In this document: piece by piece, positions 8,612-18,453 of the stretch | How the letters are laid out: every line of letters begins with the position of its first letter | Position numbering within the stretch: position 1 is the stretch's first letter | From: a bacterium | GTDB taxonomy: Bacteria; UBA8248; JACPRG01; G963555815 | Direction of reading: 5' to 3' | Assembly (NCBI GenBank): GCA_965218795.1 | Contig: OZ244653.1 | Location: forward strand, 3,712,001 to 3,776,000 | Length of the DNA: 64,000 nt | Notes under the pieces: generated by a model | Database searches by the model: none | What the model saw: only the letters and a program-made list of their open reading frames with translations | What the model was told of the DNA's origin: nothing | Program-made: the position numbers and the translations under genes

Positions 8612-10975
8612 ATGAGCGGTGTCGCTGCCGAGAAAGAATTGAAGTGGGTCGGCAAGAATCTGGACCGCGAGGATGGGGCTGACAAGGCGACGGGCATGGG
8701 CGTTTTCGTGACGGACATGCAAATGCCCAACATGCTGACGGCCAAGTTTCACCGCAGCAAGCTGGCCCACGCCCGGATTCGAAACGTGGACGTTTCCAAG
8801 GCCCTGAAGGTTCCGGGCGTGAAGGCGGTCCTCACGTCGGAGGATTGCCCCAAGGATGAGAACGGAAACCTCTACGGATTCGGGGCCTACATGTTCGATT
8901 ATACCATCCTGGCCCACAAGAAGGTCCGGTTCGTATCAGAGCCCATTGCGGTGGTCGCGGCGACCCACGAGGACGCGGCCGAGGAAGGGGTGGACCTCAT
9001 CGAGGTCGAATACGAGGAGATGCCGCCTGTCTTCGACCCCCTGGAGGCCATGGAAGACGGCGCCCCCATCATCCATGAGAACCTCGAACAGTACCCGGTC
9101 GTCCCCGGCTTCACGCCGGTGCGGTTCGGAAACGTGGCGTGCCAGCTCCGGTTCGCCATGGGGGATGTGGAGAAGGGTCTGAAGGAAGCCGACCTCGTCT
9201 TCGAGGACGAATACAGCACCGTGACCAACCACCAGTCCTACATGGAGCCCCATGCCGCCATCGCGCAGGTAGACGCCAAAGGGAGGGTGACGGTCTGGAC
9301 GAGTACGCAAACGGTGGCCGAGGTGCGCCGCGAATTGGGGGACACCCTGAAAATTCCCGCCAGCCAGATCCGAGTCGTTGCGCCGTACATCGGCGGAGGG
9401 TTCGGGGGGAAGCTCGACATCCGCGTCGAGCCCCACGCCATTCTGCTCGCGCAGATGACCCGGCGGCCGGTCAAGATTGTTCTGAGCCGCGAGGAGGAGA
9501 TGAACTCCGGCCACCCGCGCCATCCCTTCATCCTGAAGTACCGGACCGGGATGATGAAGGACGGGCGGATCCATGCCCGGGACATCAAGGTCATCGCCGA
9601 CTCCGGGGCCTATTGCCACCAGGGGATGGGCGTGATGGCCGCATCCAGTATTCACGCGCGGGGTCCTTACAAGGTCCCCCACGTCGTCGTGGACGGAAGT
9701 CTCGTCTATACGAACAAGCTGCCCTTCGGCGGTTACCGCGGCTACGGGACCCCGCAGGTGACCTTCGCGGGCGAGTCCCAGTTGGAGGACATCGCCAGGG
9801 AGTTGGGGATCGACCCGGTCGAGATCCGCATCAAGAACGCCATCGCGGCGGGCGATCGGTATGTGACCGGCCAGCCGGTTACGCATACGGCGATTGAAGA
9901 GACCCTGAAGCGCGCGGCGGAGAGCGCCGGCTGGGACTTGAAAGAAGGGAAGCGGCCCCGGCGCGAGCCGGCCGACCCGAAGAAGAGGTATGGAATCGGG
10001 ATGGGGTGCATGCAGCACGTCGGCGCGGTGTTCGCCTCGAGCGCGCTCATTAAAATGGAAGAGGACGGGGGCATCACCGTGATGGCGGGGGGCACGGAAA
10101 TCGGGGCGGGGCAACGCACGGTCCTGTCCCAGATCGCCGCCGAGGGCCTCAGCATCCCCTATGAGAAGGTGTCCATCGTCCTCTCCGATACGCTCGTCAC
10201 GCCCTACGATTGGTCGACCGACGCCAGCCGAACGACCTACAACACCGGGAACGCCATCCTGCGGGCCTGCAAAGAAGTGAAAGACAGGCTTCTCGAAATC
10301 GGGGGCATGATGCTGGAGGCGGACCCCAAGGACCTCGACGTGGATACCGGGGAGATCTATGTCAAGAGCGCGCCGGACCGACGGGCCTCCTATCACGACG
10401 TCGTCATGTTCGGCCTCTACGTGGACGGGGGCGTGGTTCTGGGCAAAGGCTCCCACTTCGACCCGCCAAAGTTCGATCCGCCGAAGGACGTCAAGCTCGA
10501 GGGAGTCAGTTTTCCTCCCTTCCCGGCCTATATTTTCGGTACGCAGGTCGCCGAGGTCGAAGTCGATACGGAGACGGGGCGCGTGGAGATCATCGCCCTC
10601 CATTCAGCCCATGACGTGGGGAAGGCCATCAGCCCCGCCGGGTGTGAGGGGCAGATCGAGGGCGCGGCGTCCATCGGCCTCGGCTGGCTCCTGTCTGAGG
10701 AAATCGCATTCGAGAACGGCGTTGTGACCAACCCCACGTGGCTCGATTACAAGCTGCCCACAACCCTCGACATGCCGCCGGTTTATCCTCTTCTGGTCGA
10801 GGAGCCGGATGAGACGGGTCCGTTCGGCGCCAAGGGAATCGGCGAGCCGGCGCTGGTTCCCACGCCCGCTGCCGTGGCCAATGCGATTTGCGACGCCATC
10901 GGCGTGCGGATGACGGACATGCCTTTCACGCCCGACCGTGTCCTGGCCGCCATGCGGGAAAGCGGGGCTGATTGA
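8612..10975 (+). CDS. Xanthine dehydrogenase/CoxL-family molybdopterin-binding subunit (no adjacent small or medium subunit)
   Basis: GGGFGGK, YRGYG, HDVGKAI, GQIEG, GPFGAKGIGE. Confidence 0.93.
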   Translation: MSGVAAEKELKWVGKNLDREDGADKATGMGVFVTDMQMPNMLTAKFHRSKLAHARIRNVDVSKALKVPGVKAVLTSEDCPKDENGNLYGFGAYMFDYTILAHKKVRFVSEPIAVVAATHEDAAEEGVDLIEVEYEEMPPVFDPLEAMEDGAPIIHENLEQYPVVPGFTPVRFGNVACQLRFAMGDVEKGLKEADLVFEDEYSTVTNHQSYMEPHAAIAQVDAKGRVTVWTSTQTVAEVRRELGDTLKIPASQIRVVAPYIGGGFGGKLDIRVEPHAILLAQMTRRPVKIVLSREEEMNSGHPRHPFILKYRTGMMKDGRIHARDIKVIADSGAYCHQGMGVMAASSIHARGPYKVPHVVVDGSLVYTNKLPFGGYRGYGTPQVTFAGESQLEDIARELGIDPVEIRIKNAIAAGDRYVTGQPVTHTAIEETLKRAAESAGWDLKEGKRPRREPADPKKRYGIGMGCMQHVGAVFASSALIKMEEDGGITVMAGGTEIGAGQRTVLSQIAAEGLSIPYEKVSIVLSDTLVTPYDWSTDASRTTYNTGNAILRACKEVKDRLLEIGGMMLEADPKDLDVDTGEIYVKSAPDRRASYHDVVMFGLYVDGGVVLGKGSHFDPPKFDPPKDVKLEGVSFPPFPAYIFGTQVAEVEVDTETGRVEIIALHSAHDVGKAISPAGCEGQIEGAASIGLGWLLSEEIAFENGVVTNPTWLDYKLPTTLDMPPVYPLLVEEPDETGPFGAKGIGEPALVPTPAAVANAICDAIGVRMTDMPFTPDRVLAAMRESGAD

Positions 10976-11008
10976 TCAGGATCGGAAATAACTGTAGGGG
11001 CCAAAATA

Positions 11009-11047
11009 CCGTGGTTATCCGTGGAATACCGTGGAATACCGTGGAAA
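11009..11047 (+). repeat. Four tandem 10-bp units (CCGTGGAATA-like)
   Basis: CCGTGG at 11009, 11019, 11029 and 11039. Confidence 0.8.
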
Positions 11048-11504
11048 AGTGGCGGTGGGTGCCGTCGGCGCGCTGCGCAATGTGCGCGTGAACGCCTGAT
11101 CCTGCGGCCCGAAATCCGACCGTCGCATTCCTGCCTCAAACGCCTGATAATCGCGTAACAAGCGCCTTTTCCGGGCCAAATGAAAGGCATGAGGGGTTTG
11201 AACAGCCGTGGGGCCGGGATGGGCGGACAGCGCGCCGCTGAGCGTCTGACGGCGCACCCAGGAGAAAGACCGGACGACCCACCGGAAAGACCCAAAACCC
11301 AAAAAGAATAACGGAATGATAAGTTATGGGCTTTTGGATGGTTTCTCTATGTTGCTCGCTGTACTGTGGGCCGCCGTAGTGGTCTCATGTTTGACCAATT
11401 CTTCCGGACTCGGTTCTTCCGGACGGACCCACCCGGGATCTCCCGTGAGTCTCTCCATCGCCATTCTTTGCCGCCTTTTTTCCTCTCGCTTCCTCTCTCT
11501 TTTG

Positions 11505-11830
11505 TCAGTCATATGTCTCAACCCCTGGTAGCCTTGGTTGCTGAAGCCCTCGCCCGACGACGCCGGGCGTGTGAAACCGCTTTCCCTCCAGTATCTCTCC
11601 AGCCGTTAGCATCTGCATCCGGCTGTATTTGACGCCACCGACTTCCAGGTCACCGGCCTGAGCCATATCCCGATGAAAATTCCGGTCCTTCGTCGGCCCT
11701 GGAGGGTCCATGATGATCAGGCCGGCCATGAGCGCCTCGTCATTGTCTGGGACACCCTGAAGGGCGCGCAAGTCGCGTATGGATACGATCTTACCGCCCT
11801 TGACCTCACTCAATCGCCATGCTCTGAAGG
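11505..11830 (-). pseudogene. C-terminal remnant of a Mrr-like restriction nuclease domain (methylase-fused type)
   Basis: EVKGGKIVSIRDLRALQGV..EALMAGLII...QMLTAGEILEGKRF; no credible N-terminal domain upstream. Confidence 0.55.
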
Positions 11831-12363
11831 GATTTCTCTTTGGGAACGGCGAAATACAGGCGACCGTCAATTCCGCCGTCCGCCGTCCGTTTCGTGGTGA
11901 CAAAGCCGTCCACTTCCTCGACAGCCCATTTCTGAAAGAGTGATACTTATCCCGCGTCCATAGGTCTTTTGCGCCTTCTGGAGCGCGTAACAAGCGGCTT
12001 TCCGGGTCATTTTCCTTCGGCGAGACGGACGAAATTCGGCGCGCGGAAAAGCCGAACCCCCCCCCCAAAAAAAGTCGTCAAAACTGCGGCGTGATTGACC
12101 TGCCCTCTTGATATGTTCTAGACTTTTTCTCAAGCAAATATCTTGAGGGAACCCTTCAGATAATCGTGTAACAATTCGCAGTGATTTCCGATCCGCTACA
12201 TCCGCGGGATCGTCTGGATGATCCGGGGTCTGGCCATCGGCGGGCGGATGTCGTTGACCCCTTCCACGGCCGCGCGCGGCTGGGGCGGCCGGCCGTGTCC
12301 TCGGTCAGGCTGACCCCTCGGCGGGCCGTCATTCCATCGCACTTCTGTCATTGGAGGAATCAA

Positions 12364-12684
12364 ATGGCCTGGATCTATCTATTCGGCGCGGGTGTGTTCG
12401 AGATCGGCTTCGCGACGTTTCTGAAAATGTCGAACGGCTTCACGAAACTCGTCCCGTCCATCGCGTTCTTGATTTCGGGGGCCCTGAGCCTGTGGCTTCT
12501 GACCCGGGCCATGCAGACCATTTCCCTGGGGACCGCCTACTCGGTGTGGACCGGCATCGGGGTCATCGGCACGGTTGTCATCGGCATCGTCTATTTCGGC
12601 GACCCGGCGGGCGCCGCGCGCATCGTCCTCCTGATGATTCTGGTCGGCGCGATCATCGGCCTGAAGATCGTCTCCCCGGCCTGA
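12364..12684 (+). CDS. SMR/DMT family small multidrug or cation exporter (SugE-like)
   Basis: MAWIYLFGAGVFEIGFATFLKMS, GTAYSVWTGIG, 4 TM helices; RBS GGAGG. Confidence 0.9.
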   Translation: MAWIYLFGAGVFEIGFATFLKMSNGFTKLVPSIAFLISGALSLWLLTRAMQTISLGTAYSVWTGIGVIGTVVIGIVYFGDPAGAARIVLLMILVGAIIGLKIVSPA

Positions 12685-12852
12685 GCGGAACCCGTTCGGT
12701 TCCGCGGCGGAGCGGCGTCTGTTCGGAGATGGGCGGGGTCGGCCTGGACCGCGGCCCGGAATCGAAACGCGAATACGCCGGCCGCGTCCTTGTCCGGGTT
12801 CTTCGAGGGGCGGAGGCGCGCCGCCTCCCCCCCTCCCCCCCTGTCTTCTCTC

Positions 12853-13320
12853 TCAGGAGTTCTTCTCCGCGGCGGAGCGGATGGCCTTCAGGATTTCGGG
12901 ATGGGCCCCGCAGCGGCAATAGTTTCCGAGAAGGTATTCCCGAACCTCTTCGTCGGAGGGGTTCGGCATCTCCGAAAGCATCGCCTTCACGGCCAGCATC
13001 ATCCCCGGGGTGCAGAAGGCGCATTGAAACGCCGCGTTCTCGAGAAAGGCTTCCTGGACCGGATCCAGCCGATCCCCTTGAGATAGCCCCTCGACGGTCG
13101 TGACCTCCTGGTCGGAGCGAAGCCGGGCGGCGAGCGTCAGGCAGGAGCTGACGGGCTTGCCGTCAATCAGGACCGTGCACGTTCCGCACGCGCCGACCGA
13201 GCACCCTTCCTTCGTCCCGGTCAGGTGGAGTTTTTCCCGGAGGACGTCCAGGAGCAGGGCCTGATCGTTGATCTCGAGGGTTTCCCGCTCGCCGTTGATG
13301 GTCAGATCGACGGTCCTCAT
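12853..13320 (-). CDS. Mo-hydroxylase small 2x[2Fe-2S] subunit (CoxS-like)
   Basis: GCSVGACGTC, FQCAFCTPG, NYCRCG. Confidence 0.93.
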   Translation of the reverse strand: MRTVDLTINGERETLEINDQALLLDVLREKLHLTGTKEGCSVGACGTCTVLIDGKPVSSCLTLAARLRSDQEVTTVEGLSQGDRLDPVQEAFLENAAFQCAFCTPGMMLAVKAMLSEMPNPSDEEVREYLLGNYCRCGAHPEILKAIRSAAEKNS

Positions 13321-15665
13321 GGCGTCCCGCCGTTTCCGTTTTCACCGCGCAGCGCCCGCAGAACGCTCTCCGGCGTGATGGGGATCTCGTGAATCCAAAT
13401 GCCGACGGCGTCGAAGACCGCGGCCGTAATGGCCGGGATCGTCGCCATCGTGCCCGTTTCGCCCACCCCCTTCGCGCCGTAGGGTCCGTCCCGGTGCGGC
13501 GTCTCGAGGACGTGGGAGGTCAACGTCCGGGGCACGTCTCCGAACGCGGGGAGGATGTAGTCCAGGAAGGACTGGTTCGTGATCTGCCCTTCCTCGAACC
13601 GCATGGTTTCGAAGAGCGTCAGCCCGAGGGTCGTAATCGCCGCGCCGAGGATCTGCTGGTCGCAATGGGCGGGGTGGATGGCCTTGCCCACGTCGGCGCC
13701 GCCGGCGAAGTTCAACACCTTCACGGTCCCGGTTTCGCAGTCCACCTCCACTTCGGCGGCCGAGGCGCCCCCGAACCAGTAGGCCGTCATATTCTCCGAC
13801 TGCCCCGTTTCCTTGTCCGTCGGGGCGACGGATGTCTGAAAGACTCCTTGGCCGACCAGCGTGGTTCCTTTCGCGCCCTTGAACTTGTGGGCGAAGACCT
13901 CCTCCTGGGTCATGCGCCGGTCCGGCATGCCCGTCACCCGAACCCCCTCCTCGTGATACTCGATCTGATCTTCACTCACCTCCATGGCGTCCGAGGCGAT
14001 CTCGATGAATTGCCGCTTGAGATCGTCGGCGGCGAGCTGGACGGCGCGTCCCATATGGAAGGTCGAGCGGCTCCCGGCCGTCAGCGTGTCATACGGCGTC
14101 ACATCGGTATCCGGCCGCACGACGCTCACCTTTTCGAAGGGGACGCCCATCTCCTCCGCCGCGATCTGGCACAGGATGGTGTCGGAGCCCTGTCCCATCT
14201 CGACCGTCGAGGTCAGGACGTTGACGCTGCCGTCGCTGCCCATCTCCACAATCGATCCGGAGGTGGAAGGCGTCAGGACCGCCTTGAGAGCGAGGGCGCA
14301 TCCCTTGCCGCGGCGTTTGCCTCTTGCGGGCGGCGGCGAGGGCGGCTTCCGCGGACCCGGCTCCCAGCCGATGGCCTCGGCGCACTTCTCCAGCGACTCC
14401 TTGTGACCCAGGCTGTGAAGCCTGGTTCCCGAGGCGAAGAAATCGCCCTCGTCGTAGGCGTATTCCAGGCGGAGTTCCACCGGGTCCCGCCCGAGATGGT
14501 GGGCCGCCTTGTCCATGTGGGATTCATAAGCGAAGGCCACCTGAGGCACGCCGAACCCGCGAAACGGCCCGGCGGGCGTCTTGTGGGTATAGACGCAGTA
14601 GGAATCGATCCATACGTTGTCGATCTTGTAAGGGCCGGCGCCCGTGAATCCGGTCTTGTAGGCGATGCGGGGGCCGATCTCCGCAAAAGCGCCCGTGTCG
14701 TAGTAGACGGCGACTTTCCGTGAGCTGATCTTCCCGTCCTTGGAAACGCCCGTCTGCATTCGACAGACCGCGCCGTGCTTGGAGGACGTGACGAAAACCT
14801 CCTCGCGGTTCAGGATCCACCGCACCGGCTTTCTCGTCACCCTGGCCAGCAGGGTCGTGATGGGCTCGAGCTTGTCGTAGAGCTTGGCGCCGTAGGCCCC
14901 GCCGAGGTAGGGCACGATCACGCGAACCCGGTTCAAGGGGACGTTGTAGATGTTGGACAGATCATTCCGCACCAGCGAGGGGCTCTGCGTAGAGGTCCAC
15001 ACGGTCACCTTGCCGTTGGCGTCCCAGTTGGCCATGACCCCGTGGGGCTCCAGATGGGCGTGAGAGGCGGGGGGCGAAACATAGTCATCCGAGAACACCA
15101 CAGCGGCTTCCGCCAGCGCCTTTTCCGCGTCTCCCCTGCGCAGCTTGAAATGGTAATTGATGTTCGAGTTTCCGCCTTCCAGATGGGCCAGGTCGGCGAA
15201 GGTCTTGGCCGACTCCAGTGTCTCGTGGACGAGCGGGGCTTCGGGCCGGATGGCGTCGAGCACGTTGTGAACGGCGGGCTGGGGCTCGTATTCGACCTCG
15301 ACGAGGGAGAGCGCCTTGTCCGCCGCTTCACGGGTGTCGGCGGCAACGGCGGCCACGCACTCGCCCACGTGGCGGACCCGCTCGACGGCCAGGATGGGCT
15401 GATCGCGGAAGGCCGGCCCGTAGAAGGGCGAGATTCCCTCCATCTCGAGAATGTCCGGGCCCGTCAGGACGGCTTTGACCCCGGGCGTCTTTCGCGCTTC
15501 CGTTGCGTCGACCCTGGTCAGAAGGGCGTGGGGGTGCGGGCTCCGAAGGACCGCCGTATGCAGCATGCCGGGGAGAGAGAGGTCCGCGACGTACTGGGCG
15601 TTTCCGGTGATCTTGGGAAGTCCGTCGATGCGGGGAATGGATTCTCCGATGATGGATGTGGTCAT
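13317..15665 (-). CDS. Mo-hydroxylase large molybdopterin subunit (CoxL/XdhA-like)
   Basis: RSPHPHA, GGAYGAK, FRGFG, GPYGAKGVGE. Confidence 0.93.
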   Translation of the reverse strand: MTTSIIGESIPRIDGLPKITGNAQYVADLSLPGMLHTAVLRSPHPHALLTRVDATEARKTPGVKAVLTGPDILEMEGISPFYGPAFRDQPILAVERVRHVGECVAAVAADTREAADKALSLVEVEYEPQPAVHNVLDAIRPEAPLVHETLESAKTFADLAHLEGGNSNINYHFKLRRGDAEKALAEAAVVFSDDYVSPPASHAHLEPHGVMANWDANGKVTVWTSTQSPSLVRNDLSNIYNVPLNRVRVIVPYLGGAYGAKLYDKLEPITTLLARVTRKPVRWILNREEVFVTSSKHGAVCRMQTGVSKDGKISSRKVAVYYDTGAFAEIGPRIAYKTGFTGAGPYKIDNVWIDSYCVYTHKTPAGPFRGFGVPQVAFAYESHMDKAAHHLGRDPVELRLEYAYDEGDFFASGTRLHSLGHKESLEKCAEAIGWEPGPRKPPSPPPARGKRRGKGCALALKAVLTPSTSGSIVEMGSDGSVNVLTSTVEMGQGSDTILCQIAAEEMGVPFEKVSVVRPDTDVTPYDTLTAGSRSTFHMGRAVQLAADDLKRQFIEIASDAMEVSEDQIEYHEEGVRVTGMPDRRMTQEEVFAHKFKGAKGTTLVGQGVFQTSVAPTDKETGQSENMTAYWFGGASAAEVEVDCETGTVKVLNFAGGADVGKAIHPAHCDQQILGAAITTLGLTLFETMRFEEGQITNQSFLDYILPAFGDVPRTLTSHVLETPHRDGPYGAKGVGETGTMATIPAITAAVFDAVGIWIHEIPITPESVLRALRGENGNGGTP

Positions 15666-15849
15666 GGGCGTCAAAAATCCTTGTTCCGTGGGGGCCTTTT
15701 CGAAAGCCGGCCCCAACCCTCCGAAAAAGTTTTCATTCACGGCGGCGGGCTTCGCGCGCCATCGCGAAAACGGACGGGAACTGCGTTCCGCGCGGTCCGA
15801 TCGACGCTTCCCGGATTCCCCCGGACGAAAAAACTCCCTGCCGCTCGTT

Positions 15850-16716
15850 TCAGGCCGGCTCCAGCAGGGCCTCGATGCCCCGCCTCACGTGGACCTTCAC
15901 CATCTCCCGCTTGTACCAGCCGGAGCCTCTGTGGTCTTCGATGGGCCGGGTCTGGGCGGCGGCCGCATCCGCGACGGCCTCGATCCGCTCCTCGCTCAGT
16001 TCCTGTCCCACGGCCAGATCCTCCAGCCCCGAGACCTTCACCGGCGTCTCGGCGACCGACGTCAGGACGACGCGGAGATCCCCGCAGGTCCCGTTGTCCA
16101 TGCGCAGCATGACCGCCGTTCCGAGCGTCGGCCAGTCGGCCGCGGCGTTTCCCACGTACTTGAGGTAGATCCCCTTCAGGCCGTCCGTCGGGGGAGGCAG
16201 CGTCACGGCGGTGACGATCTCTCCCTCCTCTTTGGCGGTCGCATAAAAACCGGTGAAGAATTCTTCCAGCGGCAGATCGCGCTCCCCGCCGGCGCCGTGC
16301 AGGCGGATCCGGGCGTCCAGGGCGATCAGCGGAGCGGGCGGGTCGATTCGGAAATCGCCGTGGGCCAGGTTGCCCCCGACCGTGGCGCTGTTGCGCACGC
16401 GGACGTTCGCCACGCGGGCGTACGTGCTCGAGAGAACGGGATAGTGTCCGGTGACGGCCGGGTGAAGCTCCACCTCCCGGTGGGTCGCCAGGGCCCCCAG
16501 ACGCAGCCCCTCCTTCGGGTCGAACCGGATCTCGGACAGCTCGCGCAGGGCCTTCAGGTTGATCAGGTGATTCGGTGCGTACAAGCCGTTCTTCATCAGG
16601 ATGAGAACGGCGGTTCCGCCCGCGATGGGGGCGGCCTCGTCCCCGAAATCGGAGAGCATCCTGCAGGCTTCATCCGGCGTGGCTGGATCGTGAAGGGTGA
16701 AGGGGGGGAGAGCCAT
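15850..16716 (-). CDS. Mo-hydroxylase FAD-binding medium subunit (CoxM-like)
   Basis: IAGGT, VRNSATVGGNL, DHRGSGWYK. Confidence 0.93.
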   Translation of the reverse strand: MALPPFTLHDPATPDEACRMLSDFGDEAAPIAGGTAVLILMKNGLYAPNHLINLKALRELSEIRFDPKEGLRLGALATHREVELHPAVTGHYPVLSSTYARVANVRVRNSATVGGNLAHGDFRIDPPAPLIALDARIRLHGAGGERDLPLEEFFTGFYATAKEEGEIVTAVTLPPPTDGLKGIYLKYVGNAAADWPTLGTAVMLRMDNGTCGDLRVVLTSVAETPVKVSGLEDLAVGQELSEERIEAVADAAAAQTRPIEDHRGSGWYKREMVKVHVRRGIEALLEPA

Positions 16717-16755
16717 GATTTTTCCAATTGACTCGCAAGGGCGCCGGCGGGTTCG

Positions 16756-17553
16756 TTAGAACTGCTGTCCCACGTCCCACCGGATGACCAGTTTTTCGAG
16801 GCCCACGATGATCCCGTACAGGGTCACCCCGACAAGGCTCAGCATGGTGAGGGCGGCCATGAGCATGGGCGTATCGACGTTCCCCTCCGAAAAGATGATG
16901 AGGTACCCGAGTCCTTCCTGGGCGGTGACGAACTCGGCCACGATGATGCCGATGACCGAGAACGTGATGCCGATTCGGAGCCCGCTGAAGATGTAGGGCA
17001 GGGCGTTGGGGAACTCGATTTTCCGGAAGATCTGCCACCGCGTGGCGCTGAACGCCCTCGCCATCCGGACCATGATGGGGTCGGTCGATTCGATCCCCGC
17101 GTAGGTGTTCACCACCATGGGGAAGAATGCGATCACGAAAGCGAGGAGGGTGCGCGACGTCGACCCCAGGCCGAACCAGACGATGAACAGCGGGGCGAGG
17201 GCGACCTTCGGGACGACCTGGAAGGCGATGATCAGCGGGTAGATCCCGTTCCGGAAGAATCGGGAGATCGCCAGCAGGATTCCGAGACTCACCCCGACGC
17301 CCACGGACAACAGGAACCCGGCGAGACATTCCCGCGTCGTCGGCCAGGTATGCTGGATGAGGAGCTCGATCCGGAGGCCGATGGTGTGCAGGATCACCAT
17401 GGGCGCGGGAAGGATCGCCTCCGGGATATTCTGCGTGACGACCCAGATCTCCCACAGGATCAGCAGGACGATGAAGATGCAGGCCGGCAGTATCAGCCGC
17501 CGCAACTGGGCCAATGCCTTTGCGCCCAAACCTCTTTCGGCCTCTTGCGCCAT
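16756..17553 (-). CDS. ABC transporter permease (SsuC/TauC-like)
   Basis: VPKVALAPLFIVWFG and EAA-like loop ARAFSATRWQIFRKIEFPNALP. Confidence 0.92.
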   Translation of the reverse strand: MAQEAERGLGAKALAQLRRLILPACIFIVLLILWEIWVVTQNIPEAILPAPMVILHTIGLRIELLIQHTWPTTRECLAGFLLSVGVGVSLGILLAISRFFRNGIYPLIIAFQVVPKVALAPLFIVWFGLGSTSRTLLAFVIAFFPMVVNTYAGIESTDPIMVRMARAFSATRWQIFRKIEFPNALPYIFSGLRIGITFSVIGIIVAEFVTAQEGLGYLIIFSEGNVDTPMLMAALTMLSLVGVTLYGIIVGLEKLVIRWDVGQQF

Positions 17554-17566
17554 CCCTTCGGGCTCC

Positions 17567-18358
17567 TTACCCCTTCACGGGCGTTTCCTCGATGTGCCCC
17601 TCGATGGACTTGCGAAGGTCCGCCACGTACTTGTTGAACTCGGGCGTTTCCTCGATCTCCAGCTGCCGGGGCCGGGGAAGCGAAATGTCGACCACCCGGC
17701 TGATCATGGCTGGCCGGGGCGACATGACGAACACCCGATCCGACAGGTACACCGCCTCCCGGATGCTGTGAGTCACGAACAGAACGGTTTTCTGGAACTC
17801 CTGCCAGATGCGCAGAAGCTCCTGGTTCATGTAGTCGCGCGTCATGGCGTCCAGCGCGCTGAACGGCTCGTCCATCAGGAGGAGGCTCGGGTTGTGGATC
17901 AGGGCCCGGCAGATCGCCACCCGCTGCTGCATCCCGCCGGACAGCTCCGTGGGAACGTTGTCCTTGAATTCCGCCAGGCCCGTCATCTCCAGAAGCTCGA
18001 CCGCCCGGGACTCATAGTCCTTCTTGGGGAGTCCGAGGGTCTCGATGGGGAAGAGAACGTTCTTCATCAGCGAGCGCCAGGGCATCAGGACCGGGGACTG
18101 AAAGACCACGCCGGTCTCCCTGCGGGGGCCCGTCACCTCTTGTTGCTCGATGAGGATCGTCCCGGCCGTGATGGGCAGCAGCCCGCCGATGGCCATCAGC
18201 AGCGTGCTCTTTCCGCACCCGCTCGGGCCCAGGATGGAAACGAACTCCCCGTCCTGGACGTCCATCGAGACGGATCGGATGGCTTCGATTTCATCCCGGC
18301 GGGTCTGGTAGACCTTGCGGACGTTTGCGATATGAACGTGCGTGGAATTCCGGCTCAT
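17567..18358 (-). CDS. ABC transporter ATP-binding protein (SsuB/TauB-like)
   Basis: GPSGCGKST, LSGGMQQR, LLMDEPFSALD. Confidence 0.95.
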   Translation of the reverse strand: MSRNSTHVHIANVRKVYQTRRDEIEAIRSVSMDVQDGEFVSILGPSGCGKSTLLMAIGGLLPITAGTILIEQQEVTGPRRETGVVFQSPVLMPWRSLMKNVLFPIETLGLPKKDYESRAVELLEMTGLAEFKDNVPTELSGGMQQRVAICRALIHNPSLLLMDEPFSALDAMTRDYMNQELLRIWQEFQKTVLFVTHSIREAVYLSDRVFVMSPRPAMISRVVDISLPRPRQLEIEETPEFNKYVADLRKSIEGHIEETPVKG

Positions 18359-18453
18359 CGTCAGAAAGAGATTGCGTCAACCCACGGGGGAAAAGGAACC
18401 TCCCCGCCGTCCCGATATGGACGGGCGGGGAGGTCCATGCGATGCAACGGCGG

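Noticed and set aside
12180-12363. Guanidine riboswitch upstream of the SugE-like gene
   Set aside because: No twin ACGR-loop hairpins or ykkC/ykkC-III consensus visible. The protein also has Phe at the position of the Gdx TM1 Trp. An Infernal search would be needed.
13317-15665. True aerobic CO dehydrogenase (CoxL form I)
   Set aside because: The active-site loop is PFRGFG, not AYxCSFR; it is a generic Mo-hydroxylase.
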